From a virus, in the IMG/VR virus record IMGVR_UViG_3300028549_001826: a DNA stretch of 64,000 bases. One strand, 5' to 3'. Each line of letters begins with the position of its first letter. The first letter of the stretch is position 1. The position numbers and the translations under genes are program-made. Positions 39,839 to 51,100 of this stretch are shown piece after piece. Below the pieces are notes generated by a model. That model was given only the letters and a program-made list of their open reading frames with translations. It was not told the origin of the DNA and ran no database searches.

Positions 39839-40864
39839 ATGCAGTATCAAACAGATGATGATGGAAAACTTATTCATAATACTGTATTAAATTTAGAACC
39901 AATTACTTTAGACTATTCACCATTCTCATTAGATAATATCTCATTTTTAAATGGCTTGAAAAAAGGTTGGAGTTCTGTATTTATAAATACAGATGGTCTA
40001 ACTCCAGAGCAATGTTTAGAATTAGTAATAAATTATATGCAAAGTTCAGATTTTTTAAATATTATCAAACAGTATATTAAAGGAAATTCGTTTCCAATTG
40101 ATGCACAACAGACTATAGAGAAATATTTAAAAGATGAGAGAGAATTTTTATTAATTGATAAGTCAAAACTTAATCAAGTATTAAATAATCCTTCAAAAAT
40201 AAATACACTATTAAATGCTTCTGAATTACAAATAATTCAACAACAAGCATTTAATAGAAATATTATTCAAAATTTGTCGAGTAAACTAACTACTTCACAA
40301 ATTACAGAAGTAGTTAAATATAATTTAAATTTTATAGATAAGACTTCATATCAATCTTTATATAATTCCGGTGTTATAAATCAAATACAACAATATATTG
40401 AAACACATCTAGATATAAATAACGAAGATATTGTATTATTGATTAAAGACGAATTATCAACTATTCTAAATAGTCATGTATTTTTACCATATGAAACAGT
40501 AATGAATGTTATTAATAGTCCTTTAAATGTAGGTACAATATTAACAAAAGAACAATTCATTTCTGTTTTGTATAGAGCTGCTTCTAATTTAGCATTTATA
40601 AGTCAAAATGATATAGATGATATTGAAAACTTATATAATAAAAAACAATATAATAAGATCAAAGATATATTTAATAGTTCTGAAATTATATTGATAATGG
40701 AAAATGAATTAAATGAGAAAAAAATCATCTCTAATATGTTGACATTTGATCAAGTTCAACAATTCTTTAACACTTTAAAGAACGAATTTTTTGAAACAAA
40801 TATTTCGTTCAGTCGATTAGATATAACAGATGATGATATAAATTTATGGATCAATGCCGTATAA
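39839..40864 (+). CDS. Hypothetical (putative virion) protein
   Basis: 341 aa between gp6-like and fibre genes; AGGAG SD. Confidence 0.65.
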   Translation: MQYQTDDDGKLIHNTVLNLEPITLDYSPFSLDNISFLNGLKKGWSSVFINTDGLTPEQCLELVINYMQSSDFLNIIKQYIKGNSFPIDAQQTIEKYLKDEREFLLIDKSKLNQVLNNPSKINTLLNASELQIIQQQAFNRNIIQNLSSKLTTSQITEVVKYNLNFIDKTSYQSLYNSGVINQIQQYIETHLDINNEDIVLLIKDELSTILNSHVFLPYETVMNVINSPLNVGTILTKEQFISVLYRAASNLAFISQNDIDDIENLYNKKQYNKIKDIFNSSEIILIMENELNEKKIISNMLTFDQVQQFFNTLKNEFFETNISFSRLDITDDDINLWINAV

Positions 40865-40883
40865 AATAAGAGAAAGGAAATTT

Positions 40884-41150
40884 ATGGACAACATGTTAAA
40901 TAATAAATCAGATATTACTGATTATGGACAATTTCCATTATTAGAATTACCACAAAGACATGATAATGTTTTTGTTGATACCAATTATGGATTAATAGAA
41001 GAGAGTTTATTAAGAACTATAATTAAAGAAGAGATGAGAGCAGAGTTAGATAAGATGAGAGCAGATATGCAATTATTATATATAAGTGGTAATGATGTTT
41101 ATTATAATGGTAGTCGGTTAGTTAAAGCTGAAGAAATTTTTACAAATTAA
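40884..41150 (+). CDS. Small hypothetical protein
   Basis: AAGGA SD before ATG 40884; the ORF is open from 40854. Confidence 0.6.
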   Translation: MDNMLNNKSDITDYGQFPLLELPQRHDNVFVDTNYGLIEESLLRTIIKEEMRAELDKMRADMQLLYISGNDVYYNGSRLVKAEEIFTN

Positions 41151-41159
41151 GGAGCAATT

Positions 41160-43604
41160 ATGGGATTGAGTAATGAAACATATATTGTTCATACAAAGTA
41201 TTCAGGTGATATAGTTGTACCTGTTGAAAATGTTGTAACTTATAAAAATATACAACTAGTTGGTTATAACGCATATCAATATCATGAAAATATAAGTCAA
41301 TCACTTGTAAATTTAAATGATGAGATTATATTATTAAAAAATGGTCCAGCTGGACAAGCTCAGCTTGATTTAGAAGAAGTTATTGCTCAAGCTAAGTTAG
41401 ATATAACTACTCAAAAAGATGAGCTAGAAGCTGCTTTAAACAGCGCATTAACCACATCATTAGATAAGATAATAAAAGATACCACTGTAAATAATACAGC
41501 AATGTCTGAATCAATAGTAACTATAGAGGGTAATATAACTTCACTTGATGTATCTAAGACAGAACATGGAAATAGATTAGAAACTATAGAAACTCAAATT
41601 AATGGTAAAGTTACTTCAACTGAGACAACTATAGGTATTATTGATAAGATTAAAACACATGCAAGTGAAATTACAAATATTCAAAATTCTATTGGTAAAA
41701 TAGAAAGTATAAATGGGTCTACTGTAATTGCTGGAACTGGTGTTTTAGGTAATATTGAATTATTAACAAGAGTCATTGGTGATAATAATAGTGGAATCTT
41801 AAAAGATAATATTGATATGAATGCAAATATTGTAAATATAAGTAAAATTGTAGGAACCTCTTATGAATCAACTTATAATTTATCATCTGATGTTAAAGAT
41901 ATTAAAACATTTCTATTTAATACACCACAAATACCTATATTAGAAAATACAAATTTAATGAATGATGTATATAATGATAGTACTGGTTTAATTACAAAAA
42001 TTACAAATATTGAATCTAAGATAAATGTATTGGATGGTTTATCATCCAATTCTGTTGCTCAAAGTCAATCATTATACACTTTATCAAATACTGTTGATGT
42101 TATAGAAAGCGATGTAACATTATTAAAAACAAACTCAAATTCAAATACAAATAGAATTATAAGTATTGAAAATTTAGGTCTTAATGCTTTAAAAGAAACA
42201 GTTGTTGGGACAAATGGTTTAACAACTATTATTGGTAGTGCTACAAGTGGATTAATTAAAAAAGTAAATGATAATGTTTTAGCTATAAATTCAAATAATA
42301 CAACTTTAACAACATCTTTAACAACATTGGGTAATCGTGTAACCAAAACAGAAGAAGATATAGTTATTATTAAATCAGATATATCAACTATAAATAATGA
42401 TATAAATATAGTTGAGGGTGATATATCTGATATTGTTGAAAATATATCTGATATTGAAACAAACATATCTAATATGATGACAACTGTTGATACTCATATG
42501 ACATATAATTCTGTATTATATAATGCTCAAAAATTATCAACAATGGATACAACTTTAACTAGTTATATAAATGCTGATATATTAGCACAATTTCAGTCAT
42601 ATTTTTATAATACAACAACTAGTACTTATATAGCAAAAGATGCAATTGGTATTGAAACAATTGCTAAATGGAGTGATGATACAACAGCAACTGGTATGAA
42701 ATTAAAAACAAATAATTTCATAAATACTTATTTATCAACTGATCCACAATACGGAAAAATCAATACATTAGAATTATCAATGAATACACTCAGAGGTAGC
42801 GCTAATACAGCTGGATCAATTTTAAAAGGATTAACTGATTTAGAAACAGATCTTAATTTAAAAATAGAAACAGATGTAAATACACTCTCTGCAAATTTAA
42901 GTCCTAGAGTCACATCATTAGAAAATGATAATACATTAAATAAGAATAAAATAGCAGCACTTGAGTCAAAAGATTCTATAATGAATAAAGCTTATGATGA
43001 AATAGTAAATGAAAGTGTTAAATATAGCACTTTATTACCCTTTCTAAAAAAGATATTCATAATGATAAATCCTAATACAAATGTTTCAAATGATAATTTG
43101 TCATTAATGTTTGATACATTAATAAATAATGTAAGTACACTTTCTGCTACTTATGTAAATAATGGTGTTGTAACATTAACTAAAGGAACAAATACTTCAT
43201 TACTTGATTATAATATAGTTGAGAAAAACTTAACATATTTCTTATTAGATGGTGATACAGAGGCAGCTACACATAGAATTAGATTTAGAATTATTAAAAA
43301 ATTAGATAACTCTATTATCGAATACATAGAACTTAATGATACTATATCAGATCCTGATAATTATAATGTTTCTAGTTTAATTGGAAACAGAGTTATAAAT
43401 CATGTTATAACAAACAATGATTTTGCTTTCTTTAAACGAACAGGTGAAAATACACTTGATGATACTATATATAAATCATTGAGTGATATCTACGGATATA
43501 TCGCAGATACAACAAACTATGCAGTAGAATCTTATTTTGATGTTAATGTTAAAAATTCAATAGATTTCAACACGGTTGAAAGCTTTACAATTAAATTACA
43601 ATAA
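41160..43604 (+). CDS. Long coiled-coil tail fibre/fibritin-like protein
   Basis: N-terminal IQLVGYN...ENISQSLVNL anchor-type motif; extensive heptads (RVTKTEEDI, RVTSLENDN). Confidence 0.7.
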   Translation: MGLSNETYIVHTKYSGDIVVPVENVVTYKNIQLVGYNAYQYHENISQSLVNLNDEIILLKNGPAGQAQLDLEEVIAQAKLDITTQKDELEAALNSALTTSLDKIIKDTTVNNTAMSESIVTIEGNITSLDVSKTEHGNRLETIETQINGKVTSTETTIGIIDKIKTHASEITNIQNSIGKIESINGSTVIAGTGVLGNIELLTRVIGDNNSGILKDNIDMNANIVNISKIVGTSYESTYNLSSDVKDIKTFLFNTPQIPILENTNLMNDVYNDSTGLITKITNIESKINVLDGLSSNSVAQSQSLYTLSNTVDVIESDVTLLKTNSNSNTNRIISIENLGLNALKETVVGTNGLTTIIGSATSGLIKKVNDNVLAINSNNTTLTTSLTTLGNRVTKTEEDIVIIKSDISTINNDINIVEGDISDIVENISDIETNISNMMTTVDTHMTYNSVLYNAQKLSTMDTTLTSYINADILAQFQSYFYNTTTSTYIAKDAIGIETIAKWSDDTTATGMKLKTNNFINTYLSTDPQYGKINTLELSMNTLRGSANTAGSILKGLTDLETDLNLKIETDVNTLSANLSPRVTSLENDNTLNKNKIAALESKDSIMNKAYDEIVNESVKYSTLLPFLKKIFIMINPNTNVSNDNLSLMFDTLINNVSTLSATYVNNGVVTLTKGTNTSLLDYNIVEKNLTYFLLDGDTEAATHRIRFRIIKKLDNSIIEYIELNDTISDPDNYNVSSLIGNRVINHVITNNDFAFFKRTGENTLDDTIYKSLSDIYGYIADTTNYAVESYFDVNVKNSIDFNTVESFTIKLQ

Positions 43605-43614
43605 GGAATAATAT

Positions 43615-43962
43615 ATGAGTGCTATAAGTGATATAGAGGCAGCTAACTTAGCTGCCAAGAATGATTTGATAACTTCCGATATTACAAATTCTAGTTTATT
43701 ATCAAATGCTAATTCTTTTAATGATTCAACACCTGCTTATAATTTATCAACAGGACAACTTTATATAGTTATGGGTGATAATAATTTAATTAAAAAAGTA
43801 AATTATAATAATGCAAAAATGTTTAATCTTATTGGAAATGTTAATACAAATATTGTAAACATTAATACAAATATTGGAAACTTGACAAGTTTAACAACGA
43901 CAAATAAAAGTAGTATAGTAGCTGCTATCAACGAGCTCAAAGCAGCTATTAATGCTTTATAA
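43615..43962 (+). CDS. Small fibre-associated protein
   Basis: C-terminal IGNLTSLTTTNKSSIVAAINEL, a motif typical of phage fibres. Confidence 0.65.
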   Translation: MSAISDIEAANLAAKNDLITSDITNSSLLSNANSFNDSTPAYNLSTGQLYIVMGDNNLIKKVNYNNAKMFNLIGNVNTNIVNINTNIGNLTSLTTTNKSSIVAAINELKAAINAL

Positions 43963-43967
43963 AAACC

Positions 43968-44001
43968 TTTTCTCAATCTTATTAATTTAAGATTGAGAAA
44001 A
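43968..44001. terminator. Terminator closing the + strand structural block
   Basis: TTTTCTCAATCTTA-TTAATT-TAAGATTGAGAAAA, a 14-bp stem. Confidence 0.7.
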
Positions 44002-44011
44002 ACTTTCTTGT

Positions 44012-44047
44012 ATTTCATTTTGTATCCAATTGGATACAAAATGAAAT
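44012..44047. repeat. 36-bp perfect palindrome centred on a GTATCCAATTGGATAC box
   Basis: ATTTCATTTTGTATCCAA|TTGGATACAAAATGAAAT is self-complementary. Confidence 0.9.
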
Positions 44048-44057
44048 TTCTTGTGTT

Positions 44058-44195
44058 TAAAAGGCATCCTTTTGGATACAAGAATATGCGTGGATCCTAA
44101 ATGATGCCTTTTTTCACAGGTCACAAACCCTTATAAACAAAGGGTTTCTCCCTTATAAACCACTGAAAGCATCCAACTGGATAAAACTGTGTTTT
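44058..44195 (+). repeat. ~135-bp dispersed intergenic repeat, copy C
   Basis: Near-identical to 8778-8916; boxes at 44064-44079 and 44169-44184; extra box at 44237-44252. Confidence 0.95.
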
Positions 44196-44288
44196 TAATT
44201 TTTTACTTCTTTATCTAAAATTGAAATTGCAATAATGCATCCAATTGGATACAAAAATGAGTACAAGAAAAAGATGAGAGAAATCATC

Positions 44289-44660
44289 TTAGACTTCTCT
44301 CAATCTTCTTAATAATAAATCATATTGATTTATATTTGATCTAATATTAAACGGTGTAGAATTATTTAAATATACTGTAATATCATATTTTTCTAAAGTG
44401 TTTGGTACTCTTATGGCTTCAATCATAACAACCTTTTTAAGATTTATATAAATATTATCCCCTATTGATATAAATTTTTTAGTAAAATCCGGAGTAATTT
44501 CAGCATCCTTTTTAAACTTTTTATTTATTAAAATCTCTTTATACTTAAATTTTTCTTTATTTAATATATAAACTTCTTTATAATCACTTACTTCTTTTAT
44601 TTTTAATAATTCAACATTATCAAAAATTACACATTGATCATCAAATGACGAAACTAACAT
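44289..44660 (-). CDS. Hypothetical protein, possibly LytTR-like DNA-binding
   Basis: FISIGDNIYINLKKVVMIE resembles the LytTR pattern F.R.H.S..VNL..I..I. Confidence 0.45.
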   Translation of the reverse strand: MLVSSFDDQCVIFDNVELLKIKEVSDYKEVYILNKEKFKYKEILINKKFKKDAEITPDFTKKFISIGDNIYINLKKVVMIEAIRVPNTLEKYDITVYLNNSTPFNIRSNINQYDLLLRRLREV

Positions 44661-44669
44661 ATTTTTTCC

Positions 44670-45179
44670 TTAACCTAACAATGCATTTACCAATGGTCCA
44701 GTTCCTCTTCGTTGAGTTCCTATACCTTTAATAAAATTTCTTTCAGCTGCTTCTAATTGTTGAGCAGCACCATATTCATTTAAAATAATAATCCAATTTT
44801 TTTTATACTCTTCCCATGTTCTAGGTAAGTTTATATCACCGTGACCATATCTGATCATATTTTGTTCTATTTCTTTAAATTTTCTTCTTTTCAATTCATT
44901 ATGAATTACTCTTCCGTTTAAATTTTCTTCACCGTTTTTCAAATATTCTGCTATATGTTGGTTATGTCTAAAACCAGCACCTGTTCCTTTTCCTATATAA
45001 ACAGGAAGATACATAAATTCAATTATATCACCATTAGGCAATTTATATTTATTATGTTTTTCTGTAAACGGATCAAGGTACACATAAATAAAAAATTTAT
45101 GCTCATTATAATCAAAATAATGTAATCTTGGTCTAACTTTTTCAAATTTTGATATAGGTAAATTATAATATGGGTTCAT
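44670..45179 (-). CDS. GIY-YIG endonuclease
   Basis: FIYVYLDP...VYIGKG..R..QH; AERNFI..IG...GPLVN. Confidence 0.8.
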   Translation of the reverse strand: MNPYYNLPISKFEKVRPRLHYFDYNEHKFFIYVYLDPFTEKHNKYKLPNGDIIEFMYLPVYIGKGTGAGFRHNQHIAEYLKNGEENLNGRVIHNELKRRKFKEIEQNMIRYGHGDINLPRTWEEYKKNWIIILNEYGAAQQLEAAERNFIKGIGTQRRGTGPLVNALLG

Positions 45180-45188
45180 AAATATCCT

Positions 45189-45767
45189 TTACCTATAATG
45201 TTTTTTCAATTGATCAAGTTTGAATTGTTTACCTAAATTATGATAGGTTGTTGTTTCAGATGGATCTAATTTAATACCAGGTATATAATGAAAACTATTC
45301 ATTATAGTATGTGCTATAACTTTATACATCGTATGTGGATAAACATCTACATTAGAATCACCCATTATACAAATTGATATATAATCTTCAAAACCTGGAA
45401 TTTTACTTTTGTAATATATAGGTCTTAATTGTATAGGATAATATTGTTTACCAACCAACTCAACACAAAAATGAAAAGGCATAAATAAATTAGACTCAGG
45501 CGAACCACCATAAGTTTTATGAAAATATTGTATATAAGCTTTTAAATCAAACTCAGTTTTATCAATTTTAACCAAATCTATCGGAAAGAACTTATTATTA
45601 AAAGTATCAAAAATTACAAAACCTTTTGGTTTTGGTTGAAAAATATTTACTCTTTTAAATTCTTTCTCAGCAGGTGAATCTTCTATTAAATTAAATTTAC
45701 CAGAATTATCAAAAGTTTTTCCATTGTTATCATTTTGTATCATATTTTTATCCTTAACCATTATCAT
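45189..45767 (-). CDS. Degenerate N-acetylmuramoyl-L-alanine amidase (Amidase_2/PGRP-like)
   Basis: PFHFCV..RPIYY..YISICIMGD pattern; FVIFDT sits where the Zn-binding IxxHHT normally is. Confidence 0.45.
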   Translation of the reverse strand: MIMVKDKNMIQNDNNGKTFDNSGKFNLIEDSPAEKEFKRVNIFQPKPKGFVIFDTFNNKFFPIDLVKIDKTEFDLKAYIQYFHKTYGGSPESNLFMPFHFCVELVGKQYYPIQLRPIYYKSKIPGFEDYISICIMGDSNVDVYPHTMYKVIAHTIMNSFHYIPGIKLDPSETTTYHNLGKQFKLDQLKKHYR

Positions 45768-47829
45768 TTACTAACATATATCTTGGTATATTATTTTTCC
45801 AAGTTTGATCTATAAAAGTATCAAATTTTGCCCGAAATCTTAAATGAAGTAATGTGTATGATATAGCTTTATGTCTTGCATCATTATAACTTATAAGACC
45901 TTGTATTAACATCTTTCGAAATGTATTTGAAACATTTGTCGCGATTCTAATATTATAATTATCTGTATTAAAAGTCATATCTTTATGTTCTATTTTAGAC
46001 AATCCTATTAAACGATGCTCATCACCAATCACTTCTCTTTTGTAACTACTAGTTGTTGTTTTAACATTACTTAAATATCCATCTGTTTCAACTTTAACTT
46101 CTTCAAGCATATCAATATCTTCCAATATTAAAGTGTTTCTATTATATTTAAAAATAGTTCTAAAAGTTATTTCTATAGTATTTAAAGGATTATCTATATC
46201 GATAAATTTATCAGCTAAAAAACAATTTATATATTTTTGATCAACATATGTTTTCATATTAGTTCCCAAAATATCATTTATTGAATAAATATCTCCGTGG
46301 ATAATATCTATATCATTTCGCAAAACTTTTGTATTAATATTCATTCTTTTTAAAACACTTCTGTTAGAGTTACCAGTAAGATCTTTTTTAGTATGATAAA
46401 CTGTTATAATACTATGTTTTGTATCGACACTATATTGAAATATATCGTCAAAACATTTAGATATAAAATTATTAAAAGATACATTTAACTCATTGTCAAA
46501 AGTATCTGATGAATTATTTTCAATTAAATCGAATACAGCTAAGCCAAAAAGATTTCCATTATTATATTTATTTGTATACAATAAGGGATTTGTTGTAAAA
46601 TCTATTGGAACAACTTGATCAAAAGATAAATCAAAAGATAAATCAAATTTATGACTGAACCCACTATTTATTATATCAAAATATTTTTTACTTTTTAAAT
46701 ATTGTTTAATATTCTTTACAAAGCAATTCTGTATATCAAAATCTTTATTAATCTTTAGAAAATCTTCTAAATAAGTTTCAGACACAGTTCCGATAGAATC
46801 CGTAATGTATAAAATTTTTCCATAAATTTCTTTATAATTTTTTATAACGAAAATATCTTTTATCATATTGAGCACTATGTTGTAATTATACATGGTATTA
46901 TATTTAGAGTAGTTATTCGAGGATACACTTGGAAATTCTTGATGTAATTCTGGAATCATATCAAATATTACATCTGAGTTATTAACAATAATATCTAAGG
47001 ATTCCACTGAATTTATATTAATAGAAAATGATTCATTTATAATTGCTAAACCAATATCTTTTATAAAATTTTCACAATCCGTTCTTAATATATATTTAGG
47101 GAACTTTTCAAAACTATCTATAGGTTGACTTTTATCAATTAATAATGTTTCTATCAATGCTTCTTCTTCTGTTATCAAATATTTATAATTATGCTTATTT
47201 AATTTTATTGCTAAATTCCAAGATCTAGTTGTAACAGATAATGCTGTACCTACAGTTGTGTTTACTCTTAAAGTATCACTAAATATATTTAAATTGCTTT
47301 CTGCTAAGTTTATCAATTGCCAAATACTTTCAAAATTTTTAAAAATTGTTTCAAGTGTTTCAAATAATGTATCAAATTTTTCATTTATTATATCAACATC
47401 TGTAATATCTTCAAATTGTATTGTATCATCTTTTATTCGGAATAACCTTAATTGTTCTCTATGTATTTTATAAATAATATTAAACCATTCTCCTATAATT
47501 GTATCATCATATAAAAATGACCTGATATCAATTATCCTATCAAATGCATCTACAGCATTACAAATAAATTTATCAGCTTGATCTGATAATAAAACTAAAT
47601 CCATACCTCTATCATTCAACACAGTACTTAAAGAATCTCTATATTTAATAATCTTTTCAAAACTAGTTTTAATTCTAGCAAAATCTTCCAAATTATATTG
47701 TTCATATTTATACTTGGGTGTTGCACTCGTTAAATTATATTCATAAGCTTTCGACATAATAGGTTCTAATATAATTGAACTATTTAAAATAAAATCGTCA
47801 CATTCTGTTAAAATGTCTATATATGCCAT
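45754..47829 (-). CDS. Putative baseplate/tail structural protein
   Basis: 691 aa in the operon after PAAR; no motif recognised with confidence. Confidence 0.6.
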   Translation of the reverse strand: MAYIDILTECDDFILNSSIILEPIMSKAYEYNLTSATPKYKYEQYNLEDFARIKTSFEKIIKYRDSLSTVLNDRGMDLVLLSDQADKFICNAVDAFDRIIDIRSFLYDDTIIGEWFNIIYKIHREQLRLFRIKDDTIQFEDITDVDIINEKFDTLFETLETIFKNFESIWQLINLAESNLNIFSDTLRVNTTVGTALSVTTRSWNLAIKLNKHNYKYLITEEEALIETLLIDKSQPIDSFEKFPKYILRTDCENFIKDIGLAIINESFSININSVESLDIIVNNSDVIFDMIPELHQEFPSVSSNNYSKYNTMYNYNIVLNMIKDIFVIKNYKEIYGKILYITDSIGTVSETYLEDFLKINKDFDIQNCFVKNIKQYLKSKKYFDIINSGFSHKFDLSFDLSFDQVVPIDFTTNPLLYTNKYNNGNLFGLAVFDLIENNSSDTFDNELNVSFNNFISKCFDDIFQYSVDTKHSIITVYHTKKDLTGNSNRSVLKRMNINTKVLRNDIDIIHGDIYSINDILGTNMKTYVDQKYINCFLADKFIDIDNPLNTIEITFRTIFKYNRNTLILEDIDMLEEVKVETDGYLSNVKTTTSSYKREVIGDEHRLIGLSKIEHKDMTFNTDNYNIRIATNVSNTFRKMLIQGLISYNDARHKAISYTLLHLRFRAKFDTFIDQTWKNNIPRYMLVNDNG

Positions 47830-47842
47830 AAAAATTCCTTAA

Positions 47843-48130
47843 TCATAATTGAATGTGAAGAGATGAACCAATAGTTACACCTGATCCACAGCCTGAAACA
47901 TTATCCCCTAATCGAGATAAACCTAAACCCATATCTAACCAACCAATATTGTTTGCTATTATAATAGATGTTCCACATGGAAATGTTACCATACTAGTAT
48001 TTGTAGCAATTAATACACCACCCTCTAAAAAATTAGCAGAACCAGATGTAACTAAACCTGTTGCTGGAAAGGGTGTTGGTGCACATAAACACATACCTGG
48101 AACTGAATCACCTACTTTTGTTAAATTCAT
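47843..48130 (-). CDS. PAAR-like spike tip protein (T4 gp5.4-like)
   Basis: KVGD...C..C, SGSANF..GG..IA, CG and SRLGD.V.GC.SG repeats; 95 aa. Confidence 0.8.
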   Translation of the reverse strand: MNLTKVGDSVPGMCLCAPTPFPATGLVTSGSANFLEGGVLIATNTSMVTFPCGTSIIIANNIGWLDMGLGLSRLGDNVSGCGSGVTIGSSLHIQL

Positions 48131-51100
48131 AGTAAAACCTTTTCTAAACCTTTAATTTGTATATATTGATTTGCACATGTTTTTAATTTTTCAGCATCAG
48201 TTGATTGTTCAACATAAACTGTAATTGGACCAAACAAACCTTCAAATAAATTTATATAACCTAAACCTGGATAAAATTCTGAACCAATACTCATTAAGTT
48301 AAAATTTATAGGAGTTTCCATAATCTCTTCAACTCTTTGATTAAAATTTTTAGATGTTAATATTATTCTATATTTCTTTTCATAATTTACTTTTTCTATA
48401 AAAATACAATTCCATTCATCATTGATATTTGATATATATTTTGTAACAGTTCCAAATTTAATAACAATTTGGTTAGTTTTACTATTATAGAATACAACAT
48501 TATTATTTATATCATCACTGATAATAACATGTCTCTCCAAGTTCGATAATTTTTTATCAATATAAAACCAAACACTAAGTGTAAATGATAAACCATTTAA
48601 ATTATTTGAACAAAAGAAATTATCTAGCATACCTTTATACACTTGAAAGAAATCATTTTTTATAACTTCACCGTAACCAGAAATCTTTTGCTTATCTTTA
48701 TCTAAACCAAGTAAGAATAAAACATTATTAGCAGATGATAATTTATTAGTTGATGATGGTGTTATATTAATATTTGATGTTGTAGTGTTATTATAAATTC
48801 TATTATTTATATCCATTATTGAGTAATCAAAATTAACTATACTTGTTTCGGGTTTTGTATTCAATAATGAATTTTTATAAAAATCATAACCTTTATCTTT
48901 TACAGAATATACTAAATTCATTATTTGTAAAGTACAAGCATAATGCATCCCTTCAGGCATAAACCCTTGAGGTAATCCACCAATATAACTTGGCATCAAT
49001 TTATAACCAAACATATTTAAAATTGTAGCTTTAAATTCCTCTTTACTTTCATTTAATAATTTTATAGTTATTAAATTGCCTTGTATTGAGAATGTAAAAT
49101 TGTAAACATTTCCAGGAACTAATTCATGATCAATAGTTATATCCGCACCTTTTACATAAGTATTGCTTGGTAAGTGTAATTGTAATTTTTTATCAATAAT
49201 TTGAATAGCAATCTCTTTCTCTTCATTAAGCATTAAAAACATAATTGATCGTTTACTTACATCTTTTAATAGTTCAACTGGGATATTAGTTAAAATTCCA
49301 CTTTCAGGTATGATAATATTATAATTTGAAGCTTCTGTTATTTTATCAGCTTCATCTATAAGTTTATTTAAATCATCTGATATTATATTATTCGCTAATT
49401 TTATATTTTCAAGCATTTGTTTTTGATCATCAGGTATTAAACATAATGTTTCAGACTCTTTTTTAACTTCGTTTGAAACAGATTGTTCTTTTATTTCTTC
49501 AGATAAAGATTTTGCTAACATAAAATTTGTTTTTAATATATTTTTAGACAACAATAATAATCTATCTCGTGGAATTGATATAATCAATTCATCATTATTT
49601 ACACCAGAATATAAATTTGATTTTGAACCAAAAGTTCCTAAAACTATATATTCAGGATATCTTCCTGTATAATAATTTTCGCTAAAATCATATTCTCCTT
49701 CAGCATCTAATTCTAGATTAAAAATACATCTAATATTTAAATAATTTACAGAATTTACAAACTTACCTATGAATTCCATATTAGGCTTAATAAAATATTT
49801 TTTAATATTATGTTTTATAGTAGTTGTTTTAGTTAGTGTCCCCATAGTTTCACTATCTACATCTTTTACCCAATCTTTATAATCATAAGTAATTTCTTGA
49901 TTATCTATTTGTATATATTTTATTCCATCTGTTCCCGGGGAAACTACTTTTTCAACAACATTATCATATTCAACTACTTCCTTGTAAGTACTTTGAATAG
50001 TTTCGATAGTTATTGTATCAGGTTTTATAATTTTTTCATACGCTTTAAATTTATATTCGAAATAGGTTTTACCTTTTAATAAAGAAACTTCACCATTTTT
50101 ATCAGCATCAACATGTTCTGGAAAATAGCATTTGAAGTTATCTTCTTCAACTATTTTTGATGTAAGACTTCCATATATAGTATTCTGATTAGTTTCTAAA
50201 ATACCTGTGCTTGAATGATTGGCAAAATTTAATTCGGAAATATTAAGATTATTAATTGAACAAAATTCTAAATAAGATTCAGTTGTGTTACAATTATTTT
50301 CTACAAATATTTTTGAATTATTTAATTCTTCAACCTTGCTCTGAATATTTTTTAAAGTTTCTGTTAAATTTGTAATTGATACTAATGATGGAATATTTAC
50401 AACTTCACCTGTATCTAATTTAACTTCGTCTAAAACATCTGTTGGAATATTTTTAATATTTTCAGTAACTATTGCATTATCTATTATATTTCCAATTTTA
50501 AAAATTAGATTCATATCATATGAATTTGAATCTTTTAAAGATGGAGTACTTAATGCTATATATGGATAATGAACATCATTACAATCATAAGTAATTGTTG
50601 GAATATTTGCATTAGAAATTTGACCTGATATATTTTTACTCATACCATCTGCTACAATAACTTTATTTTCAATAATATTTGATTCAGATATATCACCAAA
50701 ATTCTTCATAGGTAAAACATATTTAACACCGTTAGGTATTGCAATATCTAATTCATAAGGATATTCTGATTGAGATAATATTTCAGAGACATCTTTTTGT
50801 TTCAATTGATCACATACTAAAACAGGAGCGCTTTCAAAATCTTTTTCAAATGTTTCTATAAGACTTTGTGTCCTAGTTTTAATTGTATCTAATTTAATTG
50901 GAATATCTTTTATATCTAGAAAACATTGATATTTTTCGAGGATAAACTTGATAATATAAGCAATCTTCTCATTCATTATACTTTGTATCAATCTAGATAT
51001 AGTCGCTTTAATTAATGCGTTTATCGCGCTAACAATTATATCAACAACCCATTGTATTAATTTACATAAGATATCACAACCACATGCAAAATCAAAATTA

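Noticed and set aside
8778-44195. Dispersed repeat read as an IS or MITE with a cognate transposase
   Set aside because: There is no transposase in the window and no target-site duplication, so it is kept only as an unexplained repeat.
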